Part shown: one piece after another, positions 55,987 through 60,262 of the stretch
How positions within the stretch are numbered: the first letter of the stretch is position 1
Layout of the letters: each line of letters starts with the position of its first letter
DNA from: an uncultured Acidobacteriaceae bacterium
GTDB lineage: Bacteria > Acidobacteriota > Terriglobia > Terriglobales > Acidobacteriaceae
DNA length: 60,262 nucleotides
Assembly (NCBI GenBank): GCA_964250195.1
Contig: CAXUEU010000003.1
Span: 1 to 60,262 of the forward strand
Direction: 5' to 3'
Program-made: the position numbers and the translations under genes
Notes under the pieces: model-generated
The model's input: the letters and a program-made list of their open reading frames with translations, nothing else
What the model was told of the DNA's origin: nothing
Database searches by the model: none

Positions 55987-56173
55987 GCGGTGAGGCCGGG
56001 GCGTGCCGACACTGCCGGCACCGCATGGTCAGCATCGGTTGGCGGCTCCAAGACATTCACTCGGCTGTTTGTTTATCGGTGATCCCGGCGCAGGCTTGAC
56101 ACCCGTGAAGATGCGTAACTATGGTGCTCTTCGACCGCGTGGAAACGTTTTCGCGCGCGTGGAGGGCTCCTCG

Positions 56174-59100
56174 ATGCGGGTTCGCTGTTGGGCGGCGGCG
56201 GGTGCTTTGGTGCTGGGCGGCGGCCTGCGCGCGGGGGCGCAGGCGACCACCGCCACCGTGGTAGGCGCGGTAACGGATGCAAGCGGGGCCTCGGTGGCCA
56301 ACGCCGCGGTCGAGCTCACCGAGCAGGCGACGGGGCTCAAGTACACGCACCCCACCAACGAAACCGGCAACTACGAGTTCACGTTTCTGCCGCCGGGCGT
56401 GTACACGGTCAAAGTGTCGGAAACGGGTTTCCAGGCGACCGTGACCAAGGATGTGCAAGTAACGGTGAACTCGACCGTGCGCACCGACGTGGAATTGAAG
56501 GCGGGCAACACGAGCGAGACTGTGACGGTGACCGACCAAGCCCCTGCACTCCAGACCGACCGGGCGGACGTGAGCGCGCAAATCGCCAGCAAGCAGATCG
56601 TGGAGCTGCCGGTGGGCAACTCGCGCAACTTTCAGGCGCTGGAGTCGCTGGTGCCCGGGGTGAGCCCGCCGATCTACGACCACTCGTCGTTTTTCGACGC
56701 GCAGAACTCGCAGTCATTCAACGTGAACGGGCAGGCGGAGACGGCGAACAATCTGCAGCTGGAGGGCATCGACGACAACGAGCGCACGGGGCTCTTGCAG
56801 GTGTATGTGCCTCCGGCGGCGGCGATCCAGACGGTGGACGTGGAAACCAGCAATTACGCGCCGGAGTTCGGGCGCTCGGCCGGAGCGGTGACCAACGTGG
56901 TGCTGCGGTCGGGGACCAATGACTTTCACGGTTCGGCATACGAGTACAACGAAGTAAGTGCGTACAACGCGCGCACCTACTTCAACCGGACAGGCAAGTT
57001 TCCGCGCTTTGCCAACAACTACTTCGGTGCGACGGTCGGCGGACCTATCCTCAAGAACAGGACTTTCTTCTTCGCGGACTACCTTGGGTCGCGGAACGCG
57101 CAGTCGCAGTTCGGCATTTTCACGGTGCCCACCCTGGCGTTCCGCGGCGGCGACCTGAGCGCGAGCCCGACGACCGTCTATGACCCGTCCACGGGCAACA
57201 CGGCGACGGGGGCGGGCAGGCTGGCTTTTACTGGAAATCAAATACCCCAAGCAAGATTCAGCCCGGTCACGCGCAATATCCTTGCTTTGATTCCCTTGCC
57301 GAACACCGGCGCGGCGGGCGCGCTGGTAAACAATTACCAGGTAAACACGGGCTTCCAGCAAACGGCCAATACCTTTGACGTCAAGCTCGACCACAAGCTG
57401 CGTCCCTCTGACCAGTTGACGTACCGGTACAGCTATCAGAGCACCAACACCTTTCAAGCGCCGACATTTGGATTGGCGGGCGGCCCGACCCTGGCCGGCG
57501 GCAACAGCGGCGCGACCGGGACAAACCGGGTCTACAACACGGCGGCTGAGTACACCCACCTATTCTCCCCGATTCTGTTCACCGATGTGCGGGTGGGCGT
57601 GGACCACTACCGCAACAACGTCCGGCAGTCGGATTTCGGCACCAATGCCGCGGCGGCGGCGGGTATCCCGGGGGTCAATGTCAGCCCGTTTACCAGCGGA
57701 CTGTCCCAGGTCACGATCAATACCTATTCGTCCCCGATCGTGGGCTACTCGGCGTCCTTCCCCTGGGATCGGGGCGAGACGAATATCTCGGCCGCGAATA
57801 ACTGGACGCGCATCCTGGGCAACCACTCGCTGCGGTTCGGGGTTGAGATACGGCGGGTGCGCGACGACTTGACGCAGGGCCAAACCTTTGGCCCCCGCGG
57901 GGCATTTACCTACGCCGACGGGCAGACGGGAAACCCGGCGGACGGCAAAACGAGCTTCGGCAACGATTTTGCTTCGTTCCTGCTGGACGCGCCCAGCCTT
58001 GTCGGCCGGGATGTGAACATCAACGACGCATCCTGGCGGCAGACTCTGTACTTTGGTTATGTGCAGGACGCTTGGCAAGCCACGCGCGATCTTACCTTGA
58101 CCTACGGGCTGCGCTGGGAGTTCTATCCTCCGGCGACCCCGCGGGCGACCGGCGGCTTTTCGCAGTACAACCCAGCCGATAACACGCTGCAAGTTGCAGG
58201 CTACGGGGCGATCCCGAAAGATTTAGGGCTGCGGGTCAATTACCGGGACTTCCAGCCGCGCATCGGCGTGGCATACCGGGCGGGCTCGAAGGCGGTGGCG
58301 CGAGCGGGCTTCGGCATCAGCAACACTCCATTCCAGGACAACAACTATGCCTTCAACTACCCCGTTCGGCAAAACGTCTCCTACAACCAACCGAACAGCT
58401 ACGCGCCCGCTCCTGCCGGCCTGAGCACCGGCTTCCCGCCGGCCCCCGCGCCGGCGATTCCCGCAAGCGGCATCCTGCCCGCACCGCTTGCTTCGCAATG
58501 GAACGTGGTGAACCCGCAGTACAAAGACCCGACAGTCCTTTCGTGGAACCTGACCGTCGAGGACGACCTCGGCCATGGCTGGGTCGGTACTGTTGCATAT
58601 GTCGGCAATGCGGGGCGGCAAATACCCGCCTACTACAACCTGAACGCGGGGTTGATTCCGGGCGCGGGCAACAACGGGCAGCCGGAGTATCTAGCATTTA
58701 AGCGCACCGCAGTCACGAACCTGATGGGCAAGGGCACGAATTCGAATTACAACGGCCTGCAGGCGCGGCTCAATCACCGGTTCGCGAACGGGATTTCTTC
58801 CACGTCGAGCTATGCCTACCAGAAAGGGCTCGGGTTCATCTCGACGACTAACGGCCTAGGCTCTTTCAATTTCTATCTCGACCCGGCGCGGGACTATGCG
58901 CCGTTGAACTGGGACCGCCGCCACACCTTTACCCAGAGCTTTGTGTACGAGCTGCCGTTCGGGCGCGCAAAGCCGTTCCTGCAAACCGGCATCGGCGCGG
59001 TCGCGCTGGGCGGTTGGCAGGTCAGCGGGGTGCTTTCGGCCGAAACCGGCACGCCCTTGTTCATCACCGCGAGCGCGAGCCAATTGAACGCACCGGGCAA

Positions 59101-59461
59101 TACACAGGTGCCCAATCTGATCGCCCCGTTCCGGCGCATCAAAAGCGTCGGCCCGGGGCGGCAGTGGTTTGACCGCAATTCGTTTGCCGCACCGCGGGGA
59201 GCCGTGCTCGGCAACCTGGGCAAGAACGTCTATAGCGGGCCGGGATTTACCACCTTTGACGCGACGCTTTCGCGGGTCATCTCATTGAACGAGCGCCTCA
59301 ATCTGCAGCTCAGGGCCGACGGTTTCAACGCCCTGAACCATCCGGCATTCGCAAATCCGACCGTGGACTCGACCAGCCAGAGCTTCGGGCAGGTTACCAA
59401 TACCTTGACCGCCGGCCAAGGCGCGCGCGTGCTGCAGTTCGCGGGCACCCTGAACTTTTAA
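56174..59461 (+). CDS. Oar-type TonB-dependent receptor
   Basis: Carboxypeptidase-like N-domain, YAPEFGRSAG, GTNDFHG, GGPILKNRTFFF, YGLRWE, C-terminal F. Confidence 0.92.
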   Translation: MRVRCWAAAGALVLGGGLRAGAQATTATVVGAVTDASGASVANAAVELTEQATGLKYTHPTNETGNYEFTFLPPGVYTVKVSETGFQATVTKDVQVTVNSTVRTDVELKAGNTSETVTVTDQAPALQTDRADVSAQIASKQIVELPVGNSRNFQALESLVPGVSPPIYDHSSFFDAQNSQSFNVNGQAETANNLQLEGIDDNERTGLLQVYVPPAAAIQTVDVETSNYAPEFGRSAGAVTNVVLRSGTNDFHGSAYEYNEVSAYNARTYFNRTGKFPRFANNYFGATVGGPILKNRTFFFADYLGSRNAQSQFGIFTVPTLAFRGGDLSASPTTVYDPSTGNTATGAGRLAFTGNQIPQARFSPVTRNILALIPLPNTGAAGALVNNYQVNTGFQQTANTFDVKLDHKLRPSDQLTYRYSYQSTNTFQAPTFGLAGGPTLAGGNSGATGTNRVYNTAAEYTHLFSPILFTDVRVGVDHYRNNVRQSDFGTNAAAAAGIPGVNVSPFTSGLSQVTINTYSSPIVGYSASFPWDRGETNISAANNWTRILGNHSLRFGVEIRRVRDDLTQGQTFGPRGAFTYADGQTGNPADGKTSFGNDFASFLLDAPSLVGRDVNINDASWRQTLYFGYVQDAWQATRDLTLTYGLRWEFYPPATPRATGGFSQYNPADNTLQVAGYGAIPKDLGLRVNYRDFQPRIGVAYRAGSKAVARAGFGISNTPFQDNNYAFNYPVRQNVSYNQPNSYAPAPAGLSTGFPPAPAPAIPASGILPAPLASQWNVVNPQYKDPTVLSWNLTVEDDLGHGWVGTVAYVGNAGRQIPAYYNLNAGLIPGAGNNGQPEYLAFKRTAVTNLMGKGTNSNYNGLQARLNHRFANGISSTSSYAYQKGLGFISTTNGLGSFNFYLDPARDYAPLNWDRRHTFTQSFVYELPFGRAKPFLQTGIGAVALGGWQVSGVLSAETGTPLFITASASQLNAPGNTQVPNLIAPFRRIKSVGPGRQWFDRNSFAAPRGAVLGNLGKNVYSGPGFTTFDATLSRVISLNERLNLQLRADGFNALNHPAFANPTVDSTSQSFGQVTNTLTAGQGARVLQFAGTLNF

Positions 59462-59473
59462 AATAGGAGCACC

Positions 59474-60262
59474 ATGCCCACACGTCGTACATTCGTAGCC
59501 TCCTTAGCCGCCGCCGGGGTCGCCGCAGCGCTGCGCGCCCAAGCGCCCGACCCCTTTCGCCTGGCGGTCATCAACGACGAGATCTCGCAGGATTTCGAGC
59601 ACAGCTGCCAAGTGGCGGCGCACGACTTCGGCCTGGGATGGATCGAGCTGCGGGGAATGTGGAACAAGAACATCGCCGCACTGAGCGACAAGGAAGTCGC
59701 CGACGCTAAAAAGATCCTGAACGAGCACAAGCTGCGGGTCACTGACCTGGCGAGCCCTTTGTTCAAGGTGGACTTTCCCGGCGCGCCCATCTCCAAGTCG
59801 CCCGAGCGGCCGCACGACGAGTTCCACGCGCAGCAGGACCCGGCGGCGCAGGACAAGGTGCTGGAGCGGCTGATCGTGCTGTCGAAGGCGTTCGGGACCG
59901 ACCGGATCCGGTGCTTCGACTACTGGCGTCTGGAGGACCCGAAGCCGTTCCGGGCGGCGATGAACGCGAAGCTGCGCGACGCGGCGGAGCGGTGCCGCAA
60001 AGCGGGGCTGATCCTCATGCTCGAGAACGAGCAGGCCTGCAACACGGCGACCGGGCCGGAGGCGGCCGCGACGCTGGCCGCGGTGCCCAATATCGCGCTG
60101 AACTGGGACCCGGGCAACGCGGCCTCGGTGGGCGCGAAGCCGTTCCCGGACGGGTACAAGCTGCTGCCGAAAGCGCGCATCATGCACTGCCATGCGAAGG
60201 ACGTGAAGTTCGGCGCGGACGGGAAGCCGAACTGGGCGCCGGTGGGCGGGGGCGTGGTGGAC
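59474..60262 (+). CDS. Tat-exported sugar phosphate isomerase/epimerase (xylose isomerase-like TIM barrel), partial
   Basis: MPTRRTFV Tat signal, VINDEISQD, IELRG, LENE, NWDPGN, HCHAKD. Confidence 0.85.
   Translation, partial: MPTRRTFVASLAAAGVAAALRAQAPDPFRLAVINDEISQDFEHSCQVAAHDFGLGWIELRGMWNKNIAALSDKEVADAKKILNEHKLRVTDLASPLFKVDFPGAPISKSPERPHDEFHAQQDPAAQDKVLERLIVLSKAFGTDRIRCFDYWRLEDPKPFRAAMNAKLRDAAERCRKAGLILMLENEQACNTATGPEAAATLAAVPNIALNWDPGNAASVGAKPFPDGYKLLPKARIMHCHAKDVKFGADGKPNWAPVGGGVVD

Overview
High-GC bacterial chromosomal window. An Acidobacteriota (Terriglobia-like) origin is inferred from two Oar-type TonB receptors, three Uma2 paralogues and a ThrS TGS insertion. Intact housekeeping genes (pyrC partial, pyrB, pyrR, ruvA, thrS, lipB, tRNA-Val(GAC), rel, msrB, rpmB, tal, folK, cobO, rlmH, nadD, rsfS, hemB, lpdA) alternate with accessory DNA. 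The accessory DNA includes: an ~11.6 kb block with a minimal Tad/Flp pilus operon divergent from two GT-C-like membrane proteins and a CelD/BcsL-type GNAT; a lower-GC TonB receptor with an in-frame TAG, followed by an orphan 3' tail of a paralogue; a class A beta-lactamase; decayed toxin-antitoxin loci, one interrupted at an RF2-like CTT-TGA +1 site; and several other pseudogenes. Two recurring promoter-like signatures are visible: TANNNT 5-8 nt before at least 16 start codons (likely leaderless mRNAs) and GCATCY upstream of stress-type genes. No CRISPR array, transposase or integrase was seen. Product calls rest on motif recognition only; no database searches were run.
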